A stretch of DNA of 64,000 nucleotides, from contig NW_003314306.1 in the NCBI RefSeq assembly GCF_000143415.4, forward strand, positions 1,431,129 through 1,495,128. Direction: 5' to 3'. This stretch comes from Selaginella moellendorffii. Taxonomy: Eukaryota > Plantae > Lycopodiophyta. The position numbers and the translations under genes were made by a program. The notes beneath the pieces are model-generated. The model did no database searches. It had not been told where the DNA came from and worked only from the letters and a program-made list of their open reading frames with translations. Positions 50,411-61,853 of this stretch are shown here, piece by piece. Numbering within the stretch: the first letter of the stretch is position 1; each line of letters begins with the position of its first letter.

Positions 50411-52258
50411 ATAGCTCTGAGCATGCCTTGAAAAGGCTAGTTATGCATAATCAACACTCAGTCAAAACTAAAGTGAAGACCATGAGATGGACTCATATTG
50501 GTACACAACCTTCTCATAGACAAAGCTATAGTATGGGTACTAACATTTCAACCTTAAACAACTAAGTTGGACATCATCATCCTCAGCGAAGTGCAAGGCT
50601 ACCAAAACTAAGTCAAGATCAGTGAGAGCTCACTACTCTCATAGAGTCTAACAAAATATAAAGTGCAATCTGTCACTGAGCATAACGCTATAGAAGAAAG
50701 GCACAAGGGGTCACCTTTTTTAAAAAAAATGCAACGTGGCTACTTTTCTACACCAACTCCAGATTCTATCCCACTCAATTGCCTTAGCCCCAAAAGTCAA
50801 CATCCTTTTCGAGTCGCATCATATAAACTACCTATTAAGATTTAAGCCAACCGAAGTCAACTCCAACCCTTTCACTAGTTTGTACTAGTTTACGAAAATG
50901 GAAAGGTTTTTGAGCAAAGTGATCAACAAATCAACCATCGGACCTCCTAGTTTTTCCATCCTAGAGAAAAAATTACCCTCAATCCAGGAATGCAAACTTT
51001 CAAGACTCAACCAACTTCCTCCTACTAACAACTTCACATAGTTTCACCTCAACACAAATTCTCAAGACCCATAGTATGTTTAAGCTTCAAACATCATACC
51101 CATATTTTTTATATCCAAGACCAACATTTGCAAAAATGCAAAATGAACATCCAAGGTTTAATCACAAAGACCATGTCTTCAGATACCCACATTGCACTAA
51201 CACTCTTTTTTAACCACCTTCAAGATCCAACGTAAAGCCAAAACACTAACAAAAAAAATGACATGGAAAATCAAGATCTAGGGAAAATTCCTTATCACTC
51301 AAAATAACAACGTCATTTCCACTAACACAAGTGCTAACGATGTTAATGTCTCAACTACACACCTTCTCCATCCGACAATATACTCCAAGTGCAACAGATT
51401 CACCAACAAGTCATAGAAAATTAATGCTACAACCCTTTCCAACACCTCAATGGGTAAACCCCTTAAGAACCAAGGTACTAACTTAAGTTTAGCATAATAG
51501 ACCACAATTAAGAATCCAGTCAAGGCTACTTCATTGTTACTATATGTAAGTAGACTAGCTTCACCATCAACCACTTTGGGGTTGATCATCATCTAACCAC
51601 GCAACTTCATAAACACATTACTTATTATCATATGAATATGATATAAAAATCACAATAACTTGATTATCAATCAAGCAACACCACGAATAATGCTAATGTC
51701 ATTACTTTAAAGGTTTAATGTGAGTATCAAGTGTCAACTCAATTCGATAAAATACAACATAAATACCACACTCCACCGATAAAGACTTACAACACCCAAC
51801 ACCACTAATTTTTGTTCATAACACGGATAAGTTCATGCCACTCTCTATCTAACCAAACTCAAAACTAATCCAACACCAAGCTATTCAAGGAGTAATAGCA
51901 AGGTTCCCTGAAAAAGAATTGACCATTGCAACTTAAGTCTTCAATTGTAAATTTAGACAAAATGGTTTAACGCTTCACCATTATCCATCTCTTGACTCAC
52001 CACTTGTAAGACCATTATAACCAATATGCATCAAAGTAGGGGCTCTTGATTGCATAATGTAAATATGAGCAATGAATTAACACCTTGTTGTAAATCATCT
52101 CTCCAAGAAGAAAAAATGATTTACGTGTTTGATCCTTCATTTTTAATGGTTCTCTTTTCGGTCTCATCTTTAACTAAACCTCGAGTTTGCATTTGCATTG
52201 TTTTAGTCCAACCAAAGGAAAATTTATGAGAGAGCACAGCAATGACTATTTGAACCAA
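50411..52258 (+). repeat. Third copy of the repeat found at 40143-41970 (same orientation as the left arm)
   Basis: ATAGCTCTGAG.ATGCCTTGAA.AGGCTAG.TATGCATAATCAACACTCAG...AACTAAAGTGAAGACCATGAGATGGACTCATAT is shared with 40143 and continues for ~1.8 kb. Confidence 0.88.
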
Positions 52259-53192
52259 TTTATATTACTAGTTTTTTATTATCTATTTTCTGTATATATT
52301 TTTGTAGTTTTTTTTGAATATTTATATATTTGTTCTAGGTTTTCTATGTAAATTTTTTTTTCTGTTTTTAAAATTTTTTTCTAGTGATGTATATGACATT
52401 ACTATTGTTTCTGTTTTTAAATGTTCTACTTTTTCTGATTTATAGTCATTTGTATGCAATATTACCAATGAAGAAAGAAGGATATATACAAATAATAAAA
52501 GACAATACACATAATAAGAAACTAATAGATCATATATGGGTAAAAGATATAATATATACAGAAGCAGGAATAGTGCATACTGGACAGATCATAATAAATT
52601 ATATATCATATTAAAAAATATTTAAAAACAAAATAAAACCAAGCGTTGCTGCAACTCAACATGCAGCAATTTTATTTTCATTTGTAAAGGAACTCAAGTT
52701 ACAAAGATAGTATATAAGTTATATATATGGATCTAAAGGGCTTTTAAAGATATTTTAAGTTAGTCAAACCCAATTCACAATTCACGGTAAAGCCTCACAA
52801 CTATGGCCATAGCCTTCGCCTCTGCAAGGGTTATTATGGCCATGATTGCTTTGCATCTTTGCAAGCCTTGTGTCATGACAGTTACAAGTTCCATCCTTTT
52901 CTCCTTCATTGACATTTTGTTTTTCTCAGGGTGAGCTCCAGGATGCATTTTGCTTTCTATTTCAAATTTATGGGTACATCGTGGTGTTAGGGATCTTGGT
53001 GAGAAGGAGAGCTTCATGGTTGAGTGTTGTTTCTCATGTGATTTGCATAGCCAAAAGCTAAATTGATTTTCTAAAATAAAATAAAAGTTTTTAATAATCC
53101 TATATCTATGCAAAACCATTACAACATAACCCGAATCATAGGACTACTACATGCTTAGTATTCTAAACGACCTGGCCACGATCTTGCTTTTC

Positions 53193-55934
53193 TCAGGCAA
53201 CTTTTGGGCGTTTCTGTTGCAAATCGTCCGCAAACTTCTCTGTGGCATCTATTGGGCGCTTCTGTCGCGGATCACCTGTAAACTTGAAATGTCACATCAT
53301 GATATCATGGGAATAGCGTATCACGAATGTGTCTTACCAAGCTCCTTAATGTCAGAGACGTTTGGAATTGGAAGCTTATACGTGTCAGGAAGCAGCAAAT
53401 GGAGCCATGATTTCGCTTCCTCTGATTGCTTTCCAGCCTCCACCTCCGTATCCGGCACCGCAATTGAAACTTCAGCTAGAAGTCTCTTCGTCTCAGCACC
53501 AAGGAAACGAAAGTTGCGTTCGAGACCATAAACTGTTATGTGCGCAACAGGCTCCGTTTTCTTGCCATAAGCTTCGTCACCCTGCAAGTAAGACTTATGC
53601 ATCTCATCCTTCTTCCATAACTTTGTTGGCACTGGCTCTTTATGTTTTGGTTCTTGGACATTGATGAGGACCGTCACCACTTTGATTTCGATTCCTGAGA
53701 CTTGCATGAGCCTCGGCCTCAACACAGTCGTAGAAGCTTTGTTGAGCCACCCACACTTTCTACTGTTCTCAACCGAAACGAGCAGCGCAGTCATCCCCAA
53801 GGAAGTCCAGACCGGAATAACAATGTCATAACCTCGGACGTTATTGTTGGCTTTGTACATGATTGCACAGCCTCTCATGAACGCAGCTGCCAATATCTCG
53901 GGTGTCAACTGCCCCTGCTTAACCAGCATAAAACTGTTAAAAAAGACGGCAGCGGATTCATCCAGGCCGCTGCATGCCTCGTCAACCTGTGCCTCCTCCG
54001 AGCCCAGCAATCGTCCGATATAATCCCGGAGAGGAATGCGGCGTAGGTAGTAGTCACCCTTGTACAAGCTCCAACAAGCTTGCAGCAAGATGAGCTTCAC
54101 TATGAATTCCCCCCGATGTCCAGCATCCACATAGCCATTGTAGCAGCCGTTCAGGAACAGCCCTAGAGCAACTTCTAGAGGCTCGCCACTCTTGCGGTTG
54201 AGAATCCTAGCGGCCGCTTCACTCACAACGGGCTCCACGGGCTGACTGATATGCACTCTCGTACGATCGAGGGAGATGAACGTAAGGATACTCATGTGAG
54301 AAGCGACAAGAAGCTGGCTTTGCGCACTCCGCGGGCATATCTCCAGGCCCGCTGATGCTGAAAGCAAGGCCAACGCCTGGCTCTCAGCCATCTGTACCTT
54401 TCCGGTACAACCACAAACGTCCACAGCTTGCCCCTGAAAGTCCCCGTGCAGCACCCCAACCAGCTTGGCTTCCGCGAGATCGAGGAGGCTCCACACATTT
54501 GGATTGCTGTCAAGGCGGCTACTCCATAGGGGCCTTCCATACCTGAACAACTGAGCTGGAGACAAATCCGTAGTCCGAGGAACAAGGTCCATATTCACCA
54601 CCTGATGAATAGGCCTTAAAAGCCGCAAACCCAGGATATTAGCTTTCCTCGACTGGTCCTCGTGCCGTCGAGGCTGCAGATTACTGATACTCCCCATCGT
54701 ATCAATGACAACTGCAAAGTATTTCTTGTGTGTGAAGAAAGCTCTCGCCACTCGCCTCATCTGGTAAAACGGCGATTGTGCCATACTGAAGGTGCTTTCC
54801 CCATTCGGTAAGAGACCGCGACCTTCGTCAAAAACAAAAAGCACCTGCACCTCCCCCTCTTCCGGCAGTACATCCTTCAAGTTGTCAAGCTCTCGTTGGA
54901 GTAGATTCTCGTTCCTGGCATCCGGTGACTCACTAATTTCCTCTACAGCTCTGCTGTTGATCAATTCAAGCCATTTCTTGTGCACGGCCTCCGCAATACT
55001 GGACGAATCCATCTCTGAATCCATCCACTGCACTGAGCTCATCTTCTCACCCTTCACCGTCTCATGGAGGACAAAAAGCCACGCCTTGAAGTATAGCGCC
55101 ATCTCCAACTCGCTGTTCGTTCGGCTGAGCTGGTTGGCAAGCTCCCCAGTTCGAGGAGGACAGGCGCTACTGTTTGCTGCCGCCGTGCTGCAATAGCAAA
55201 TATACACTCCCAGGCGCGACATCTGCATCACCCCGCGTGTTTTCCCCGTGCCAGAACCCTGTACTATGGAGGTATAGCAGCTGTAGTGCTCGTCTACACA
55301 ATAGCCAGTGCTATAAGCCACAATAACAGAAGAATTCAAGACTTACTCTTTGAGCATTCGTTCCTCAACTTACACAGCTCCTTGTACAATATCTTATGGG
55401 CCTCTCCAACGTACTCCCTCCGTAACGATTTCATCGCCACTTTCGTATTAATCTCGTGCCACAAACGATCACGATCAGGCCCAGTGTTCTCTGCACAGGC
55501 ACAAGCAAGAGAATACTCGAGCACCAGACGAAAACACAGAACTTTCACCTATCGGCTTCTGCATGAGGAGCCTTTCACATTGACGCAGCCACTCGCACGA
55601 AACACACTCCAACCTCTCCTTTATCCACTGTAGCAGCTTGGGGTCTCGTGTTTCTTTCTTTGCCACTAGGTCCATGATCTTGCTGCTGCGAGCCTCTACT
55701 GCACAGGAAATGCAAAAAGAACAGTAGCCTAAAGAAACAGCGAAAGAACTTACAGTTGAACAGCTTATATATCCGGAATGCGAGACGAGGATTTCCTGGA
55801 AACAAGGGGTAAACCTCATCTACATCGGCCGTCCACAACCTGGAGGCCGAATAGCCTTGCCGCTGAAGGCACTCATAGTCAGGCCCGCAAAGATCCCGCA
55901 AGCGCTCCTCGCCGTCATCGCAGACGCTCTCCAT
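53193..55934 (-). CDS. Crinkler/CR-like protein: SAM-like header + P-loop NTPase + PD-(D/E)xK-like nuclease domain + C-terminal NLS (5 exons, 837 aa)
   Basis: Exons 55934-55754, 55698-55549, 55490-55347, 55293-53338 and 53275-53193 are joined by GT-AG introns of 55, 58, 53 and 62 nt, giving 2514 nt open to TGA. Motifs: Walker A YTSIVQGSGTGKTR, Walker B VLFVFDEG, DTMGSISNLQP, YGRPLW, EPVVSEAA, GHRGE, GYDIVIPV...LLVSVEN; C-terminus QKRPIDATEKFADDLQQKRPKVA. Confidence 0.85.
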
Positions 55935-56507
55935 TAAACCCTAGAACTTACCACCCAATCTTATGAGGTCTGTCAACATATAGTAATTTCAATTTACTCG
56001 TTTCACCATTAAAATTTTCGTCACGTCTAGTATCAGCTTTCCTCTAGTCCACATGGCCCTGTACAACATGAAAAGCCATGTAAAGTTTAACCCCAACCAA
56101 AAGAGTAAGAAATTAAAAAGAGGAGTTACATTTTGGTAAAAGATCACAATAAATCTTTTGACTCTGTAGTGCTCAAAGTAGACTATTGTTGCTGTGCTGT
56201 TTCAGCATTTTACATTGCTCACAGCCTCCGGCACTGGCATAAGTTGTGAATTGTACCACTTCTGCAATTGCCAAAGCAGTGAAGTATATACTTCTAAGTG
56301 GTTGGAAATTATTTTCTACATCTTGTGTTTTGCTTGGCATCTGGATCTCAAGTAATGGGAATCACTGCAAGCGCCATTTAAGGATTCTGAAGCTTCTAAT
56401 GTAGCAAGTATGTACAATAACAAAAACATCAGGTCAACATGCGGCAATGGCAGAAGAATGTTTTCTGATTTTGCATGACATTTCTTCATCCTTGGATTTT
56501 TTCCCCT

Positions 56508-56640
56508 GCTGCGAATTTGTACACTCTCGAGTCTCGAACACCCTCACACTCACATGGGCCATTTTTTAGCAAAACTACTTATGCTAAGACGAATTTTCGA
56601 GACAAGAATTGCAGTTGCAATTTTCGAGTTAGTTTCGGGC
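56508..56640 (+). repeat. ~135-bp block shared with 22551-22686 (BTA1-intron-derived start + unknown repeat)
   Basis: Near-identical sequence GCTGCGAATTTGTACACTC..GAGTCTCGAACACCCTCACACTCACATGGGCCATTTTTTAGCAAAACTACTTATGCTAAG...GAGTTAGTTTCGGGC. Confidence 0.9.
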
Positions 56641-57634
56641 GAGGTGGCAGGGCAGCGGGGCGGCGGTGGCGGTGGCGGTGGCGGCAGAGCGGCGCGGCCG
56701 GGGGCGGGCCAGTGTGGTTGGGCGGTGGCAGCACGAGCATCCACATTGATGAAACGTTCTCGCAGTCAAGGCTCCACCTGTGATGATCGTCACTTAGCAA
56801 ACGAATGAATGGAAAAATATCTCGAAGCTTACCATTGAGTTGACACTTGACGAGAGTGAAACCTCTTGAATGGCTTCACCTCCTTTGGACAATGTAAGTG
56901 GATCCTGCCTGCCTGCTCGCTTAGCTCCATCCCAGTGACACTGCGGCCCGGTGTGGTCATCAAGCTGAGGAAAAACCATAGTTTTGATAAACAAACAAAA
57001 CTGGAGTTCCAAATCCCTCTCTCCATCGCAGCCAGAGCACTGAAAAAACAAACACCAAGTGTAAAGAGCTTGCATATCTCAAGAGAAAACTTAACAGTGA
57101 TACTTACAGTGAGCCAGCGTAAGAGAAGGAACTTCCAGGGAGAGAAGCCATGCTAAGTCGTGCATACTCACGGATTACATAAACCTTGAATAGATGAGTT
57201 AAGAGTGAACATGCAAGAAACACTATACAAAATTACTTACTGGAAGTGCCGTGACCAGGAGCCTTGAATAATAGCGCAGCTGCTTGACAACCTCCTCTTT
57301 ATTCTTACCTGGAAGGAGTCTAATAGTACTTGTCAGGGTATTGTCAAAACTCCTTCCAAGGTAAATGCCACACTCGTCCCCCGTCGAAGCACCTGGAAAA
57401 CATACACACTTTAGTTTGGATGATCAGAGAATCATAGCATACCTCAATATAATTCTTGTAGTTGCATTTTCTGTCTGGGTTCGTTATAGGAGCGTGAGGA
57501 TTGTGAATGCATAGCTCGTTATCAATCACATGTACTTGTGTCTTTCAACCTGTTTGAACCAGAAGTTTGCTAGTGAGCAAAGGAAAGTACATATCTTACA
57601 GGAAGTTCGTCCAGTGGCCATCTCTCGGTCAATC

Positions 57635-57712
57635 ATCTAGTGGACCTGCAGCTCACATCCACTATGACACCTCCAAAAGCTGGTTGAAGATACTCCAAAG
57701 CCATTTTAAGCT
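57635..57712 (-). pseudogene. Exon fragment of a class I SAM-dependent methyltransferase
   Basis: After an acceptor AG the sequence reads LKMALEYLQPAFGGVIVDVSC, resembling motif I of plant plastid Methyltransf_11 proteins (..GG.IVD.SCGSG), then truncates. Confidence 0.5.
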
Positions 57713-57943
57713 GAAACACATTAGCAGCGTCTGGATTCCTCTGCTAAACAACTGGTAATGTTATGCTTTTCTTCGTTTCCTAGCTTTGGTCCTTAGTTTG
57801 CATTCCAGACAAGTACAGGCGCAACTTGGATCATCCCATAGATTTCTTGTTCTTCCGGAGTTCACGGAACGATGATTTCGTAAGGAGAATATCGTTGAAT
57901 CTTATTGTCAGGAGCAAATAGGATAGGTTTCTCTAGGGCGAGA

Positions 57944-58861
57944 ATGCTGCTCTCCTCTTCGCGATCGTTCTTTACATTCGCCTGCGGCATCAGGTCAAAC
58001 CCAGCGCGCGGCGAGTCGCGGCGAGTCGCGGCGGCAGGGGCACGGCGATCATCCGATGCTCGCGCAGCAAGACGGGCAGCGCGTGGCGGAGCAGCAGCGA
58101 CAAGGAGGAGGCGCGCAAGATCCTGGAGAGGGGCAAGAAGGAGCTGGGGCCATACCCTGGCAGGGGCAAGGTCGTGAGGAACAAGGCGCTGGTGCTGGAG
58201 CTGGCCAAGGGATTTAGGGGCAAGAAGGTGCACAGGATTGCGCGCGATCGGGTCGCCAAGGCCCTGGAGCACTCGTATCGCGATAGGCGGAGGAAGAAGA
58301 GAGATTTCCACAAGCTGTGGATCACGAGAATTGGGGCTGCTGCTCGACTCCACGGGGTAAGAATCGCGTTCTTCCTCAACATTCTTCTTCTTGTTAGTTC
58401 TATTTCTTCTCCACATCTTCTCTTCTTCACAGTTTCTTCTTCTAAGTTCTATTTCTTCTCCACATTCTTCACGGTTTCTTCTTCTTATCAATGCTCTATT
58501 TGTTCTTCACATTCTTCACAGTTTCTTTTTCTTCTCCACATTCTTCACAGTTCTTCTTCTTCACAAGTTCTCTTTTTTCCTCCACATTCTCTTCTCGTCA
58601 GAATTTGGGCCAAGCTGACTGACTCTTTTGTCTTTCTTTCTGGATAGCTTGGGTATAGCGAATTCATGCACGGGCTCAATCGCCAGAAAGTGGAGCTCAA
58701 TCGCCAGCTACTGGCAAACATGGCGATCTTGGATCCGGATTCTTTCAAGAGCCTGGCAGACTCAGTCTCCTCTCTTCCTCCGCTTAAGGTAAGTCTACTT
58801 ATGCCTTTCTTTCTTTTCTTTTGACGATCCATCTTGTTGCTCGCAGTCCTCAATGATATGA
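57944..58861 (+). CDS. rpl20: Nuclear-encoded organellar 50S ribosomal protein L20 with N-terminal extension
   Basis: LELAKGFRG..RIARDRVAKALEHSYRDRRRKKRDFHKLWITRIGAAARLHG|LGYSEFMHGLNRQKVELNRQLLANMAILDPDSFKSL; introns 58357-58647 and 58789-58846. The 5' end is uncertain because the ATG at 57944 is out of frame unless 57994-58037 is spliced. Confidence 0.85.
58375..58595. repeat. Degenerate tandem repeat (CACATTCTTCACAGTTTCTTCTTC-like) within an rpl20 intron
   Basis: About five imperfect copies visible. Confidence 0.75.
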
Positions 58862-59809
58862 ACTATACTAGTACTTGCCCAGCAAAAGCTGGGTGGTTTA
58901 CAAAGAGGTTCAATATAAAACCTCTTTATAAACAGTGTTGATTGTAAAAACAGAAGGATCTTGAGGAAGGAAGTGGTCTTTGGCGTGTGGTGTTTTGAAC
59001 TTTAATTTCAAGTTCATGTGGTGATGTGGATCTTGATAAAGCCACATAAAGTTGCCCATTAGTGAAAATTGGGTGGGGCAAGTAAACTCCAAGTCAGTCA
59101 AATGTCTGTCCTTAAAATTTGGAGATTGTTAAGTAGTAACCCAAACAAATTAGAAATTGTCGTCTGGACATTTTAAATGGAATTTCTGTATTTGATGGTA
59201 TTAGTGTGATATGTGGGATAAAAACTCTTGTCTTTTTAAATTGCCCCATCACAATTTCACAATTTAAAACATTTGGTAATGCATTTTTAAAGATGAGAAT
59301 TGCATAATCCTACTAATGGAGACATATTCTTTAAGAGGATAAGAATAACACCTTGTTTGAGATAGAGTTTATGTGGTGGGAGATCAGAAGGTGTGATAGA
59401 ATTTAGGAACATAAGAGCCATCTATTCCTCCACTCTTTTAATTGATTGGGTTTCACCCATTTTTTCAAAATGGTATCCTGCCTTTTAAGTTGAGCTCAGC
59501 CAAACTAAATTGGACTACTAGATATCAATCTCAATAAGTGGTGTGATTTCTCTAGCTCACTAATAGAGTCACTACTTTGATACTAAATATAAACTCCTAA
59601 ATTTAGACTTTTCAGCAAATAATTCAAAACACTTAAGTAATCCAAAACCTTTAACCAATTGAAAAAGAGGGTCCATTTTTACAAATAGTCTCATGAGTTT
59701 TTCTCTTTAATTACTTATACAAATATAACTAATAGAGAGTTAGACAATGCCTTAAGTTTGTTAGCTATGCCTAACTTACATACTATCTTTACTATATATT
59801 TTTAACCTC

Positions 59810-61295
59810 TCATAGAAGTGAATCACTATGTCCAAGATTTAATGCATTTAATATGGACTAAATGCAATTAGGCAATACTAAAAGAGATGGAATTGATATA
59901 CTAATATGGAAAAACTAAACCCAACAACATAATCCTCCTCAATACCATCTGATAAATAAGTCCATCATTACCAAATCATCATTAAGCTAAGTGTCAATAG
60001 TACTTGATTAAGTCTACAAGCAATCACTATTTTTAAAACAACCAACAATCACTCTTGAATTTGCCTTCACAAGACTCAAATACCAAACTCACATCATTAA
60101 ATCATATATTTATCCAATAAAAAGGTAGCATTCTAAGTATAATACATTGGAACATAGACAAATACAAACAAAATAACTACTCAAATTTAATCAAATAGTA
60201 ATAAACTCACCTATACATCTAATTAAATTAGTGTTAAGCACAACTCAAGAGGCTAGCAATAAATGATCAATACCCAATTAAAACTAAAGTGAAGACTATA
60301 AGATGGACTTCCATAGGTACACAACCTCTTAATAAACAAAGCGACAATACAAATACTTACAACGCCATCATAAATAACTCAATTGAACATCACCATCCTT
60401 AGCCAAAGCACAAGGCCACCAAGACTAAATTAAGATGAGTGAGAGTTCACTACTTGTAAGCAACCAAAGAGATTGACTCAAAAAATAATTTATAAAAGTT
60501 TAAATATAGAAGAAAAGTGCATATAAATAAAAATATACCCTTTTTTTCAATCGGTTAAAGATCTTAGGACACTTGGGGTTAAACATCTTTGGTTTTGAGT
60601 AGTATTGGGATGAGTGACCTCCCAAGAAGTCAAAATTCATAAGCTTACACTACTCTTTTAAAATTTAACTAAATGTAAAGTGCAACTTGCCACCAAACAT
60701 AATATTATAAAAAAAGGTACAAAGGTTACATTTTGAGAAAAGTGAAATAGCCACTTTTCTACTTAAACTCTAGATTTTATCCAACTCAATTATGTTAGCC
60801 CCAAAATTTAGCATTCTTTCAAGCTGCATTATATAAATTACCTACTAACGTCAAAGTCAACTAAAGTTAACCCCTTCACTAGTTTGCAATGGCTTTTGAA
60901 AATAAAATGGTTTTTGGGTAAAATGATTAACAAATAAACCATTAAGTAAATTTATGAAAATAAAATTATTGTAGAGAAAGAAAGACTCTTAATCTTTCTT
61001 TCAATACAAATTCTTAAGACTCAATTAACTTCCTCCTGTTTACAATTTCTCATTTCACCTCAATATAATTCTAATGACCCAATAGAATCCCAATGACCCA
61101 ATAGAATGCATGTCTACTGATATTTACAAATGCTAATAAATACATAAAACCTAATCACAAAGCATATCTTTGGATATTTAAATCTCATTAACACTCTTCT
61201 TCAACCATTTTTAAGACCAAATGTCATTAACATGTCTAATGACATGAAAAATCAAGTTCTAGGGAAAAATCTTAACAATACCACTTCCATTAACG
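59810..61295 (+). repeat. Fourth, older copy of the repeat family at 40143 / 49990-51330
   Basis: Shared blocks (AAAACTAAAGTGAAGAC.AT.AGATGGACT, GTGAGAGTTCACTACT, AAGACTCAA..AACTTCCTCC) with more divergence and an insertion. Confidence 0.7.
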
Positions 61296-61684
61296 CCTCA
61301 ATTTCACACTTAAGTAAAGTATAGTGAAATGAAGTGAGAACTTAGAAGGCTTCTTTCTTTCTTTATGAACTCACCTACTTGCAAAAGCAGTCTACACAGC
61401 CATCTCAGCAAAGCCTTATTGATGGAGCCAACTTATATCCCTAGATGGCCTCCAATCACTTCACACTTGTAGACTCTTGTCCTTGGTCCTGTAACAAGCT
61501 GTAGTGTTGAGCTCAATGCAGTCCTGTAAGGAAATTGATGCTAGAGGACCAAGCTGTCGCCAATATATACTAAGGAACCCTGGTGCTCAGTACAGCATGC
61601 CACAATGGCAAAACCTTGCCACGCTCTCCCAGCACAGAAATCTACAGCACCATCGCTCAAGGATCCTAAATAATATCAAGATCC

Positions 61685-61853
61685 GATGGACCACATTGAC
61701 TAGCTAGAACAACACAATGTTGATGTCGTTTGTAACATGCTGCAAGCACTATAAGCAGCTGCAAATTTGTACACTCTGAACACCATCACACTTGCAATTT
61801 GTACTTATTTTTCCAGCCTAGAGGCTGCATGATCTGGCACAGTGTGTCAATCT
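61685..61853 (+). pseudogene. Diverged exon-intron-exon fragment of BTA1 (copy of ~20258-20435)
   Basis: GATGGACCACATTGACTAGCTAGAACAACACAATGTTGATGTC...TGCAAGCAC...AGCCTAGAGGCTGCATGATCTGGCACAGTGTGTC aligns by eye to the MDHVDWLEQSDVDV and PGGRVIWRSAS exons. Confidence 0.8.

Noticed and set aside
53321-55339. The 672-aa ORF as a complete intronless gene, or the upstream ORFs as frameshifted pseudogene pieces
   Set aside because: Its start and end lie within introns; canonical splicing joins all parts in frame.
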